Part shown: piece by piece, positions 28,944 through 38,190 of the stretch
How positions within the stretch are numbered: the stretch's first letter is position 1
How the letters are laid out: each line of letters opens with the position of its first letter
IMG/VR virus record: IMGVR_UViG_3300030060_003273
Location: 1-53,727 of that record
Direction: 5' to 3' (one strand)
Length of the DNA: 53,727 bases
Source of the DNA: a virus
Taxonomy: Duplodnaviria > Caudoviricetes
Translations under genes and position numbers: made by a program
Notes under the pieces: model-generated
What the model was told of the DNA's origin: nothing
The model's input: the letters and a program-made list of their open reading frames with translations, nothing else
Database searches by the model: none

Positions 28944-29239
28944 AAACCCAGCATCCCAATCATCTCCTCTGGTGATGGTAATAAATCACTAATTGCTTTA
29001 CCCGCTTCAGGGCTAAGCATCATCATTTCTTCTTTAGTTAAAGTAGGTATGGTTACCCAGTTTCTAAAAGCATATTCCCAATAAGTAGGAAGGTCTAATC
29101 CCTTTCCTCTCATTAAAGCCTGCGCTGCTATTTGCATATCTAAAAAGGTTAAGTCTTTTATAAAGACTTCAAATTTACCTTCTGATATATCTATCTCATA
29201 CTTCTTTTGCTCCGTTGTTTTCACTAGGTGTTTCTTCAT
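28919..29239 (-). CDS. Tail assembly chaperone (lambda gpG-like, 106 aa)
   Basis: Lies downstream of the tail tube gene, contains VFIKDLTFLDMQ, and ends at a slippery heptamer. Confidence 0.75.
   Translation of the reverse strand: MKKHLVKTTEQKKYEIDISEGKFEVFIKDLTFLDMQIAAQALMRGKGLDLPTYWEYAFRNWVTIPTLTKEEMMMLSPEAGKAISDLLPSPEEMIGMLGFSKAESDL
28943..28949 (-). other. Programmed -1 ribosomal frameshift heptamer G GGT TTT
   Basis: The minus strand reads CTG GGT TTT TCC, an X XXY YYZ heptamer in the correct phase, seven sense codons before the stop. Confidence 0.85.
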
Positions 29240-29621
29240 ACTTACTTACTCCTTCTTCTAATACTGAGGCAGCCGCCTGTACCCAAGCGGGGTCCTCATT
29301 TTCCTCTGCTGTAGAGACTTGTTCAGTGGCTTCAGCATCGGATTCTTCTAATTTTAGAATCAAATCTTGTTTGTTACCTTTGGTAGGTAACCCTCTTTGT
29401 TTTAGTATATCTTTTAACTCAACTACTTTCATATCTTCGTAGTTATTAATGAATGTTATATTTTCTGGAGCATCGGGTATAATTTCTTCAGCAAATGGAT
29501 TGTCAGTAGGTTTACCTGCTTCTGGGTCAAATATTTCTATTTCTTCCACTACCTCTACTAACTCTACTTTCTTTTCAAAAGTAGGCCAGTTTACAGGGGG
29601 TAGTGCTCTTTTCATAGGCAT
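29196..29621 (-). CDS. Acidic protein with a SAP/HeH domain (141 aa)
   Basis: YEDMKVVELKDILKQRGLPTKGNKQDLILKL matches the SAP domain consensus. Confidence 0.8.
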   Translation of the reverse strand: MPMKRALPPVNWPTFEKKVELVEVVEEIEIFDPEAGKPTDNPFAEEIIPDAPENITFINNYEDMKVVELKDILKQRGLPTKGNKQDLILKLEESDAEATEQVSTAEENEDPAWVQAAASVLEEGVSKYEETPSENNGAKEV

Positions 29622-29630
29622 AATATCAAC

Positions 29631-31649
29631 TCAACAGTGGAACAAAGTATCTACTGATACTACCTTTACGTTTTTCATTCTCAATTTAATCTTAGATTGT
29701 AATAACCCTTTATCATCAGGCACAGGTATAGGTGCTTCTGTAATTACATAATCGTCAACTAATATTCTTAGAGATGGTGTAGAACCTGTACTACCTGTAG
29801 TAGGCTTTGTAAAATTTAAATTTATTATACTACCTGTAGAACCTACAGTACCAGTTACATTTCTATGAGTCCTTAACTCATTCCATAATAATGAATCTCC
29901 AATGTAAACGTCAACTTCCATTTCAAACTCTTCACGACCTTCTCTGATGATTGCTGCATTTCTAGTACCACCATAAGGGATTTGTTTCTTAGTTCTACCA
30001 GCATCATTCACATCATCAGGTATAGGATTACCCTGTGTAACGTGATATAATTCAGTGCCTGTTTTACCTCTTAATTCAAAGCCCGCTATGTTGGCAATTT
30101 GTTGACCAAACATCTCAATTGACCCATTATAGAACATAAACGGCTTTTCACTACCGTCTGCAATACCTGATATTTTACGCTTAACAGCAGTTTCCGCTGT
30201 GTTTTGAAACATTCTGTGTGCTATGTATCTATCACCGGGTGTGCTTTCTAATCTACCTGTATCTGTATAACAAGATAAAGCATCATATACAGCACGGAAT
30301 TTGAGTTCAGCATCAACAGTTGACGATATTTCAAATTCTGCTATTTTACATCCTTTGAATACACGAGTAAGTTGTTTACTGTCATTCGCTCCACCGGGAG
30401 TACCTGCTCCCCCATCCTCATAACTATGTGAACCTACGTCACGATTACGCACTGAATGCTCTATACAGAAAGAAGGTATTGTGTCTCCTGAAAATAATAA
30501 TCTTTTGACAGGATTTTGTATACTTTTGTCAGAATGAACATGAGGACTACCAGTGGAATTATCTGCTGCAAATCTAACAGCATATACCGCATCTGTATCA
30601 ACATGGCTAAAATTAAATGGGTCATCTATAAACACTCTAAAATCATCTGAACCAATGGGTTCTAGACTTACTACTCTTCTAATTTCATGAGTTTCTGTAG
30701 ATTCAAAATGGTGAGCGTCAGAAACTAAACTACTGGCGCTTGATGCACCGGGCCAAGTATCAGTAGAACCTTCTTCTGCATTTTTATGATATACTGTAGG
30801 AACTCTAGTTTCATCTTTAATTAAAATGTAGTCACCTACAGTCAATGTATGGTCACCACCAAATGTATCATCAGTAACATCTACATATGTTTGACCGGGT
30901 TGAACATCTCCTACCAAATCCCCTGCTTTACTATAACCATTAGCCAATAATGAGGGCGCATCAATAACTTCTCTACCTAAACAGTAGTACAACCATCTAG
31001 GAGAATGTAAAGGCATTTCTAATGAGCCGCCTGTATGACTTAACCTACCGGGTTGAAGTATACTGGTTTGTCTACCCAACCCTACTACATGATGCTGATG
31101 TAACTCTACCTTAGTGTCAGGCAATGTCATAAAGGATGCAAGCCCTATAAACTGGTCAATTGCTGATGTTTCTAAAGAAGTTGCAGCATTATCGTGTACA
31201 AAACCACTACCCGGAAAGTGTTCTATTGAAGGAACACCTGTAGTATGAATAAACATAACATCACCTGTTGCAGATGAAATTGATGCTACAGAATCAATAG
31301 TAGGTACTACCTTTAAAACGGTAGGTCCTGATGTAGAAGTATGGTCAACTATTGTAAACACTCTTGAGTCATCACCTGTGTAACTATAGTTTACAAAGTT
31401 ACCACTACCTGTTGAATGGAATGAAAACCTTGTACCAATTAACATACCCAGAGGTACTTGTAAAACACCAGTAGCATCAAATAAACCTGCATTAGTAGTA
31501 ATACCAGCAAAGGTAATGGTACTAAAATCAGGGGTAGATGCACTATAAGTGGCAGTCCAAGTACAAGGGTCACCATGTGTAATATGTATACCAGTCTCAT
31601 GACCCATCGTAACTTCTGAGACATCTCCCTTGTAAAACGTACTTGGCAT
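29631..31649 (-). CDS. Major tail tube protein with inserted decoration domains (672 aa)
   Basis: Lies between the terminator and chaperone genes. Motifs GGSLEMP...WLYYCLG, PSFCIEH, RVFKGCKIAEFEIS, PFMFYNG and EGREEFE are of the siphoviral tube type. Confidence 0.75.
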   Translation of the reverse strand: MPSTFYKGDVSEVTMGHETGIHITHGDPCTWTATYSASTPDFSTITFAGITTNAGLFDATGVLQVPLGMLIGTRFSFHSTGSGNFVNYSYTGDDSRVFTIVDHTSTSGPTVLKVVPTIDSVASISSATGDVMFIHTTGVPSIEHFPGSGFVHDNAATSLETSAIDQFIGLASFMTLPDTKVELHQHHVVGLGRQTSILQPGRLSHTGGSLEMPLHSPRWLYYCLGREVIDAPSLLANGYSKAGDLVGDVQPGQTYVDVTDDTFGGDHTLTVGDYILIKDETRVPTVYHKNAEEGSTDTWPGASSASSLVSDAHHFESTETHEIRRVVSLEPIGSDDFRVFIDDPFNFSHVDTDAVYAVRFAADNSTGSPHVHSDKSIQNPVKRLLFSGDTIPSFCIEHSVRNRDVGSHSYEDGGAGTPGGANDSKQLTRVFKGCKIAEFEISSTVDAELKFRAVYDALSCYTDTGRLESTPGDRYIAHRMFQNTAETAVKRKISGIADGSEKPFMFYNGSIEMFGQQIANIAGFELRGKTGTELYHVTQGNPIPDDVNDAGRTKKQIPYGGTRNAAIIREGREEFEMEVDVYIGDSLLWNELRTHRNVTGTVGSTGSIINLNFTKPTTGSTGSTPSLRILVDDYVITEAPIPVPDDKGLLQSKIKLRMKNVKVVSVDTLFHC

Positions 31650-31660
31650 ATTTGGTCACC

Positions 31661-32107
31661 TCATGGAATTAGTTCTCCTAATATCACTACCTCTATTTGG
31701 AATGTGAACCTAAACAACTTCTTTGACCTATCGCTTAAATCAGTTCTTGTTTTAAATACTAATCTATCAAAGTTAGTTGCGTCCCCTTTTCTATTAGTAT
31801 GTATGAGTCTACGTATTTCATTTTCCATTTTTTGAATTCTAGACCTGCTTCTTGTAGTACGTGCATCCACAGTTATGTTTAACCTTGTAGTAACGTAGTT
31901 GTAAAATAAATCAGGCGCTTCTTCATTGTGTGCTGTTTCATAAAGCACGATATAATCAGAACGAGACAAATCTAAACGCTTACCTCTTTCTGGACCTTCG
32001 CTGGCAACATCAATTATAACAGGTTTAATGTTATCAGTATTAGCACGATTCCAAGTTTCTAAAATAGTCTTTATTGAATCAATACCTTCGTTCCACGTTG
32101 CTACCAT
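31661..32107 (-). CDS. Tail terminator / tail completion protein (~148 aa)
   Basis: Size, position and the ITVDART...IQKMENEIRRLI...FRFTFQIEV strand-helix-strand pattern. Likely start MVATW at 32107. Confidence 0.6.
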   Translation of the reverse strand: MVATWNEGIDSIKTILETWNRANTDNIKPVIIDVASEGPERGKRLDLSRSDYIVLYETAHNEEAPDLFYNYVTTRLNITVDARTTRSRSRIQKMENEIRRLIHTNRKGDATNFDRLVFKTRTDLSDRSKKLFRFTFQIEVVILGELIP

Positions 32108-32114
32108 AATTTCA

Positions 32115-33731
32115 CTATCCAAAAATCACTATCTCTTTATATCTATTTAGAATCTCATTTGCCTCTCTTCTGTATAATTGTACCTTAGATGCTAAATCTA
32201 TATTTTGTGTGCCTTCTGGAATTAGGACGCTTCTATCATCTGACATTAATAATTCAGCGGCTACTAGTTTAGTAGTGGCTTCTTCAATAGCCTTTTCTAC
32301 ATACCTTTCTCCATAAATGTAAGATACCTTTACAGCATTCCATTCAAAGAAAGGATATGAGTTGTTAAAGTAAATTATACCCATTTCTGAATCTATCCAC
32401 CAATCTTTAAGCCTAGCGTGGTCTCCACTAGTAGAACCTCCTACTAAATCTAATTGGAAAAGATTTTGAGTAAGGGTACCACCAATATCAGACAGACCAC
32501 TACCTACTACAATAGTACACCCTGTAAATGAAGTATCGGTCACACCTGTATAACTAAACACATCTCCACTAGTATCTACACAAACACCAGCCTTTGCAAA
32601 ACCATTCGTTGAATCTACATTAATCGTAGTGGAAGCAAGGCTACTGAATGTTGCAGTATTGACCTTAGTTTGTGACAAAACTATATTACTGTCTGTAGTA
32701 ACTATAGAGCAAGCCTCTCCACCTTTAGTTTCTCTCATGCTAGTTACCTTTATTTCACCTGCACCATAATCTGAATTTGCTGTTGCTAAAAACTCATTAT
32801 GTACAGCCACATTACTAGTAGAGCCTTCTACGGTAAATGTAGGTGAAAAATTAACTGCTGCTTTACTAACCCTGTCTTCTTTATTAACAAGGTCAGCAAA
32901 AGTTTGTGCACTAGTTACTCTGTCAAAATCAACTGACCATTGTGAAGTAGTAGAACTTCCTAATGCTCCAGCAGTCAACACAGCGGCTGAACCGTTACCC
33001 GGAGACATTACTATTGATTTACCCGCTAACGCTCTTATGTCTTCAGGTAATTGTATACGTGCCTCTGCACCACATATCTCACGATAATCATCACCTTGCC
33101 ATAATTCTATACGCAACATTTGCTGAACATTCCTAAACAATAGGGGGGTAGTACCTACATAATCTGTATAATATCTCCTCCTATAAGGTTTGTAAGTATC
33201 AAAATTGATGTATTCTGCACTAACCAAGTATGGTCTCCATGCATTGTGAGTAAGATTGTCTATCCTATCTTGGATTTCTAATATACGAGCCTCTACTGTG
33301 CTACGCTTCATACCTCTTGTTTTACCGTTAGTAAATGAGGCTTGATTCTGAATGTAAGTATTGTCCGCTACCGCTACATCTGTCAAGTCAACATGAGTAG
33401 CAATGGTAGCACTACCAGAAGAATTTATATCTTTCAGATTAAGTTTTACACCATTGTTACCTCCACTGACAATAGTGTCAATTTCCCCCGTAAAGCCGAT
33501 AGGATATGCATCACTGTAAACTAAAATGGTATCTCCTACTACAAAACCGTGCTCTCGGTAATCTGCCCCAGTCACGAACACAGCGTTAGCAACGGTGTCA
33601 GCACTAGCCAACACTGCTTCGCCCGGTCCAATACCAAGTAACTCAGCAACTTTCTGAGCAGTTGTATATACTACTGTATCGGGATTAAGAGGTCTTGTTT
33701 CTGCTTCCCCCGGGGAAAATATCATAGGCAT
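32115..33731 (-). CDS. Head-tail adaptor (HK97 gp6 / SPP1 gp15-like) enlarged by insertions (~538 aa)
   Basis: N-terminal YTTAQKVAELLG, central IQDRIDNLTHNAW and C-terminal VSYIYGERYVEKAIEEATTKLVAAELL, separated by beta-rich inserts. Confidence 0.7.
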   Translation of the reverse strand: MPMIFSPGEAETRPLNPDTVVYTTAQKVAELLGIGPGEAVLASADTVANAVFVTGADYREHGFVVGDTILVYSDAYPIGFTGEIDTIVSGGNNGVKLNLKDINSSGSATIATHVDLTDVAVADNTYIQNQASFTNGKTRGMKRSTVEARILEIQDRIDNLTHNAWRPYLVSAEYINFDTYKPYRRRYYTDYVGTTPLLFRNVQQMLRIELWQGDDYREICGAEARIQLPEDIRALAGKSIVMSPGNGSAAVLTAGALGSSTTSQWSVDFDRVTSAQTFADLVNKEDRVSKAAVNFSPTFTVEGSTSNVAVHNEFLATANSDYGAGEIKVTSMRETKGGEACSIVTTDSNIVLSQTKVNTATFSSLASTTINVDSTNGFAKAGVCVDTSGDVFSYTGVTDTSFTGCTIVVGSGLSDIGGTLTQNLFQLDLVGGSTSGDHARLKDWWIDSEMGIIYFNNSYPFFEWNAVKVSYIYGERYVEKAIEEATTKLVAAELLMSDDRSVLIPEGTQNIDLASKVQLYRREANEILNRYKEIVIFG

Positions 33732-36040
33732 GACCACATATCCTCCAGTATTGATTTTAACAATTGGTCACCTAAAGAGTACCCTATCAATGAATTTTGT
33801 ATTACTTCACCTGTTACTGGGTCAACACTTAGTTCAGGAGGTTCCTCTATACCTTGCCTTTCCTTTAATTGCCCCACAGTTTCATCTAAAGGTTGGAAAC
33901 CTTTAGGTAATTGAGTTAATGGGGATTGTGAGGTATCTTCTTGGAAGTCTGCATCACGACCTGTAGTAACTTGGGTTAGTTCAGGTTCATTACCTACATA
34001 ACCAGCATTGGTCAAAGCATTTTGGTAATCTATTGAAAATTTACTTGCTGTGCCAGCATCAATAAGCCCCTGTTCTTCTTGATTTCTTAAATTTTCTAAC
34101 TGTTCTTCAAACACTTGTTGAACAGGTAATTGAGATTCAGTGGCACTTTGCATTAAATCATTTAATACATTTGCTGCACCTACATCCTTTACACCTTGTT
34201 CAAACTCTACATTAAATTGCTTTTGACCATCATCTGGCTTTGCTGCTGCCCTACGTGCTTTAGCATCCTGTATTGCCATCATACGTGCATCCTCTTCTTC
34301 ATCACTAACTGCTTGACCAGTAGCAGTTAAAGGTTGACCACTAACACCTACTCTTTTAGGGAATTTTATATTAGCATAAGGGTCTTCTTTCTCTTTACTA
34401 GGTAACTTTAGTTTTTCACCCATTATGCTTACTTCAGGTTCATCAAACTTTAACCCTTCATCTTCTAAGTCTTCTATAGTATCATCCAGCGCATCATGTA
34501 AACTAAAATTAAAGTCTTGCATTTTATCTTTAATTCTTTTAATTGCATCTTGTTGTGCTTCTTCTGGTACAAGCATACCATCTAATAATTGTGCAATTCT
34601 TCTATTTTCTTTATTTTTTGGATGGTTTGGTGGAAGATTAGCCCCCAACTGAGTTCCATAAGATGCTGGGTCTACAACTGATTCTTGAACTTTAACCCTT
34701 GTTGCCCCTAGATTTACTTCATCTCCTCTTAGCGCCTGACTTCTAAATTCAGGTGTCATGGCTGATTTAGGAAATGCTAACTGCACGCCTAACTTACCTA
34801 ATATGTTATTATGGTCTGCTCTTATAGCATTTGTAATTGTATCTATCAAACCATCTTGAAACATATTTTTTTCTTCTGCAGCACTTATTTGCTTTTCAGA
34901 GCCTGCTCCTTTTCCTTCATCTGCAGTATATTCACCTGATTCTGGTCTAACCTTTTTACGTCTTTGTTTTTTAGAACGGGGTTTAAAACCAGTCCATTCT
35001 TTCTCTAAACCTTTAATACCTGTAAGGTCTTCTAATAAATGCAAGCCAGATTTATATGCTGTCCCTTTTCCACCAGTAGTATAAAAGTCATCTTCACTTG
35101 TATCTCCTTCTATAAATCGCTCTTCACCTATACCTATAGGTAATTCACCCTTATGATAAATTAGATTCTTTACCATATCTCTTAGATTGATTGCTCCTTC
35201 AGTAGAACCTTTACCACGCTTTTTCTTACCAGTTTCTGGGTCAGTTAGAAGGTCCCCTTTACCACGCATGATAATTTCATGAAGGTCTTTGAAAGTTGGG
35301 TCAGTATGAAAAGGCTCCATAGGGTCACCACTATGAATTAAGGTAGGGTTAGATGGGTCACTATCTTGACCAGCAACCCCAGCACCAGCCATTTCATTTA
35401 CATATTGACCGTAATCTTGGTCATACACTCTACGTTTTGTTGTTTCAGTAGGGTCTGCTCTTGCTGGTCTAATAGTATCACGACCAGCACCTCCGTACTT
35501 TTGTCTCTTACCTCTACCCATTACACCTATTTTTTCTTTAGGTTTGTTTATTCTTCTTTGCTCTTCTAGAATATTAACAGGTCTGTGCTCTGCTGCTTTA
35601 CCTGATGTACCGGGCCCTACTCTTGTTTGTGTACTTAACCTCGTACTTTCTTTTCTATCAATGGGCTCATCTTCTGAATCTGGTCTACGCTCAATCACGT
35701 TACCTTGTCTATCTGTATAAGTTTCATAACCTACTTCACCCGGTGCTGATGTTTGTCTAGCAATACTATCAGCCCTTTCTCCTAAAACTCTTAATTCATT
35801 AACAGCATCTTTATATTGTTGAGAATCTTTACCGTGTTCATTTTCAACATCTCTTAATTCTAATTCTTTTTGATTCATCTGCCTCTTAACTTGTTCTTCT
35901 AGTTTCTCCCTTTCACTAGCCCTTACATCTACAAGTTTACCTTTACGCCTTTTGACTGCGGTGCCAAATCTTTTAGCACCTTCTCCGGGTTTAAGCGCAC
36001 GCTTTTTCTTTTTAGGAGCCTTGACTAATATATTTGACAT
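33722..36040 (-). CDS. Hypothetical highly charged, probably disordered protein (772 aa); candidate internal head protein
   Basis: Long ORF with a basic N-terminus (MSNILVKAPKKKKR) and an acidic, Gln-rich C-terminal half. No domain recognised. Confidence 0.6.
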   Translation of the reverse strand: MSNILVKAPKKKKRALKPGEGAKRFGTAVKRRKGKLVDVRASEREKLEEQVKRQMNQKELELRDVENEHGKDSQQYKDAVNELRVLGERADSIARQTSAPGEVGYETYTDRQGNVIERRPDSEDEPIDRKESTRLSTQTRVGPGTSGKAAEHRPVNILEEQRRINKPKEKIGVMGRGKRQKYGGAGRDTIRPARADPTETTKRRVYDQDYGQYVNEMAGAGVAGQDSDPSNPTLIHSGDPMEPFHTDPTFKDLHEIIMRGKGDLLTDPETGKKKRGKGSTEGAINLRDMVKNLIYHKGELPIGIGEERFIEGDTSEDDFYTTGGKGTAYKSGLHLLEDLTGIKGLEKEWTGFKPRSKKQRRKKVRPESGEYTADEGKGAGSEKQISAAEEKNMFQDGLIDTITNAIRADHNNILGKLGVQLAFPKSAMTPEFRSQALRGDEVNLGATRVKVQESVVDPASYGTQLGANLPPNHPKNKENRRIAQLLDGMLVPEEAQQDAIKRIKDKMQDFNFSLHDALDDTIEDLEDEGLKFDEPEVSIMGEKLKLPSKEKEDPYANIKFPKRVGVSGQPLTATGQAVSDEEEDARMMAIQDAKARRAAAKPDDGQKQFNVEFEQGVKDVGAANVLNDLMQSATESQLPVQQVFEEQLENLRNQEEQGLIDAGTASKFSIDYQNALTNAGYVGNEPELTQVTTGRDADFQEDTSQSPLTQLPKGFQPLDETVGQLKERQGIEEPPELSVDPVTGEVIQNSLIGYSLGDQLLKSILEDMWSCL

Positions 36041-36321
36041 TATTCTTTTCCTCCTAAATTAAAATCTAATTTTGCTCCACAAGCCTGACATTTTTCTGCC
36101 CAACAGAAATAAAGTAACCCGCACTTAGTACACCTAGTACCTGCGCTTATATTAACTACGTCACCCGCTTTTCTATTGCGGACACGTTGTTTTTTAGTGA
36201 TTCCTTCTAAAGGGTTATCTTCATTGAATACAGAGCCGCTACCGTATGATTCAGCAAGTCTAATACCACGTTTCTCAAGTCTTTCAATTTCTTTAAACCC
36301 GAGAGCGTTGTACTTCTGCAT
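36040..36321 (-). CDS. Small zinc-ribbon protein (about 93 aa; start uncertain)
   Basis: CTKC-x9-CQAC near the C-terminus. Its stop overlaps the next start (TAATG). Confidence 0.7.
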   Translation of the reverse strand: MQKYNALGFKEIERLEKRGIRLAESYGSGSVFNEDNPLEGITKKQRVRNRKAGDVVNISAGTRCTKCGLLYFCWAEKCQACGAKLDFNLGGKE

Positions 36322-36339
36322 TCATATCCCTCACTCTCA

Positions 36340-36783
36340 TCAAGCACCTGCAAAGAACGTATAACAAATCTCATTACGTGGACTCCAACAAACATTTACT
36401 TTATCATCAGCATCTGCCGCTGTAAAGCCATTTTGAAGAGCCAAACCATAAGCCATAAAACTTGGGTCTGATACAAATAATTCTTGATTGTCAACTATTG
36501 CAAATCTTAATCCTGTACCATCGTTAAATGTAATTGCCGTAGCACTACCTACTGCTGTTGTAGTTCCTAAGAATTGTACAGGGTTACCTGATACTGCTGT
36601 GTTTTGTGCAAATACGTCTTGCCCTACTGCAATTAAGGTCCTAACATCTGCTGAACCTTTAGCAGTATCGTCTACTGTGATTGCGCTAGTAGTTTCTGCT
36701 GCATAACCTGATGCGTTATTGACAAAGACACTGGTGCCATAAGGCCCCGGTCCGCCAAATCTTATAGTTGCTATTGTAGGCAT
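36340..36783 (-). CDS. Small virion structural/decoration protein (147 aa)
   Basis: GGTGA site upstream. Beta-rich, and shares a barrel-like module with the 177-aa neighbour. Confidence 0.6.
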   Translation of the reverse strand: MPTIATIRFGGPGPYGTSVFVNNASGYAAETTSAITVDDTAKGSADVRTLIAVGQDVFAQNTAVSGNPVQFLGTTTAVGSATAITFNDGTGLRFAIVDNQELFVSDPSFMAYGLALQNGFTAADADDKVNVCWSPRNEICYTFFAGA

Positions 36784-36797
36784 CTTAAGTCACCGCC

Positions 36798-37331
36798 TTA
36801 GCGCTGACCTAAAATCCACCATCTACCATCTTCTACTGATACTGTAGATGTTGCGCTTCTGTTTCCGCATTCAAATATTACTAAACTGTTGGATTCATCT
36901 ATTGAAACATCTAATGATGTTGAAATTAAAGTTTCAGACGGTTTGTTAGCGCCCATAATAAAATAATTTTCATTATTAGCATGTCCTACTGTAAGCCCCG
37001 GTGCTGCTAAAGTTATTTGAGTATCAGAATCAACTGATGCAATTACTCCAAGTCTAACACCTGATGAGTTGTAAACAGTTTGACCTGCTGCTAAGTGTTC
37101 CCTTGCTTCTACTGTGTCTACTGTTAATACAGTATCACCAGCGGCTACATTACCATTATTTACTTTAATACCTGTATCAGTTATAGAAGTCAAATGACCC
37201 CCTGCTGCTAATACACTGCTTAAGTGGTCTGCGAATGATACTTCTGTTCCACCATCTGTGAAAGTTCCTGTCATCATATAGAGGTCTCCCAATACATGAA
37301 TTCTTGTGTCTGTTGTTGTGCTAAATGCCAT
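36798..37331 (-). CDS. Small virion structural/decoration protein (177 aa)
   Basis: AAGGAGATGA leader, beta-rich sequence, located in the cluster after the capsid gene. Confidence 0.6.
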   Translation of the reverse strand: MAFSTTTDTRIHVLGDLYMMTGTFTDGGTEVSFADHLSSVLAAGGHLTSITDTGIKVNNGNVAAGDTVLTVDTVEAREHLAAGQTVYNSSGVRLGVIASVDSDTQITLAAPGLTVGHANNENYFIMGANKPSETLISTSLDVSIDESNSLVIFECGNRSATSTVSVEDGRWWILGQR

Positions 37332-37333
37332 AA

Positions 37334-37720
37334 TTATTCATCTCCTTTATTTTCTTCAATTGCCTGTTCTTCTGCCGCTTGTTCTGGCTCAGGTTCAGGT
37401 GGGTTAAGAACTTTATCAACCGATTTCAATAATGATGTCTTTGTTGCATATCCACTAGGGTTTGCATCATGTTCTTTTAACCAAGCACGAATGTCCTTAA
37501 TTGTCCATCCTTTATCTGGTATTCCATCATTTAATTCATCAGTTGTAACGCCCTCATCACCTTCGACAAGGAAGTTCCCTGAAAGTTCTCTCCTGTTAGT
37601 GTTAAGCCATTCTTGAGATACTTCTTCAGGGACTCCCCTAATCCATTCACCTGCGGCCTTATCACGCTTTATACAAGCGTAAAATGGTCCCATGTATGTT
37701 ACTTTAGGCAATTGAATCAC
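37334..37720 (-). CDS. Small protein with a HeH/LEM-like helical domain (about 128 aa)
   Basis: WTIKDIRAWLKEH...ATKTSLLKSV resembles HeH motifs often found just after capsid genes. The start codon is uncertain. Confidence 0.6.
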   Translation of the reverse strand: MIQLPKVTYMGPFYACIKRDKAAGEWIRGVPEEVSQEWLNTNRRELSGNFLVEGDEGVTTDELNDGIPDKGWTIKDIRAWLKEHDANPSGYATKTSLLKSVDKVLNPPEPEPEQAAEEQAIEENKGDE

Positions 37721-37721
37721 C

Positions 37722-38153
37722 TTAGACTACTACTAGCCAAAGTTCCATTGCAGTGTTATCATCAGTTGTACCGTCATTAGTTGCTTCCATATCGAATGTT
37801 AGTACTAAATCACTAGTATGTACAATTCCTATATTCGCTGTTGCATCTGCTCTTTGTGCTACAAATGATACAATTTTACTACATTGACCTGAAAGAGTAA
37901 GTGTTTCTCCTTCATCCATTGCATTATCTAATGTTAACATAATTAACCTTGGATTGAATCTGTTGCTTCCATCAGTGTTTGATGCTGAAAACTCATCTAC
38001 TCCACCACCGGGATATGTTGTTCCAAACCCTTTTTGCCATTCTGTTTCATCTTGGTCTACCCCACCTTGTAATTGTAAATCTAAATTTACAGTTACTGTT
38101 CCAGTACCGGGTTGTGCATATGTTATTCCTCTATGTGTTAAACTTGTTGCCAT
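37722..38153 (-). CDS. Putative capsid decoration/cement protein (143 aa)
   Basis: Directly follows the capsid gene, shares its leader motif, and is acidic and beta-rich. Confidence 0.55.
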   Translation of the reverse strand: MATSLTHRGITYAQPGTGTVTVNLDLQLQGGVDQDETEWQKGFGTTYPGGGVDEFSASNTDGSNRFNPRLIMLTLDNAMDEGETLTLSGQCSKIVSFVAQRADATANIGIVHTSDLVLTFDMEATNDGTTDDNTAMELWLVVV

Positions 38154-38190
38154 AATTTTTCATCTCCTTATTTTTTTTCTCCATTTATCC
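38154..38190 (-). promoter_or_regulatory. A-rich leader with GGAGATGA ribosome-binding site
   Basis: AAAAAAAATAAGGAGATGAAAAATT-ATG; nearly the same as the leaders at 39322 and 37332. Confidence 0.7.

Noticed and set aside
29631-31649. 672-aa protein as a contractile tail sheath
   Set aside because: The size would fit, but the motifs are tube-like, no separate small tube gene follows, and I recognised no gpJ/gp25-type wedge genes.
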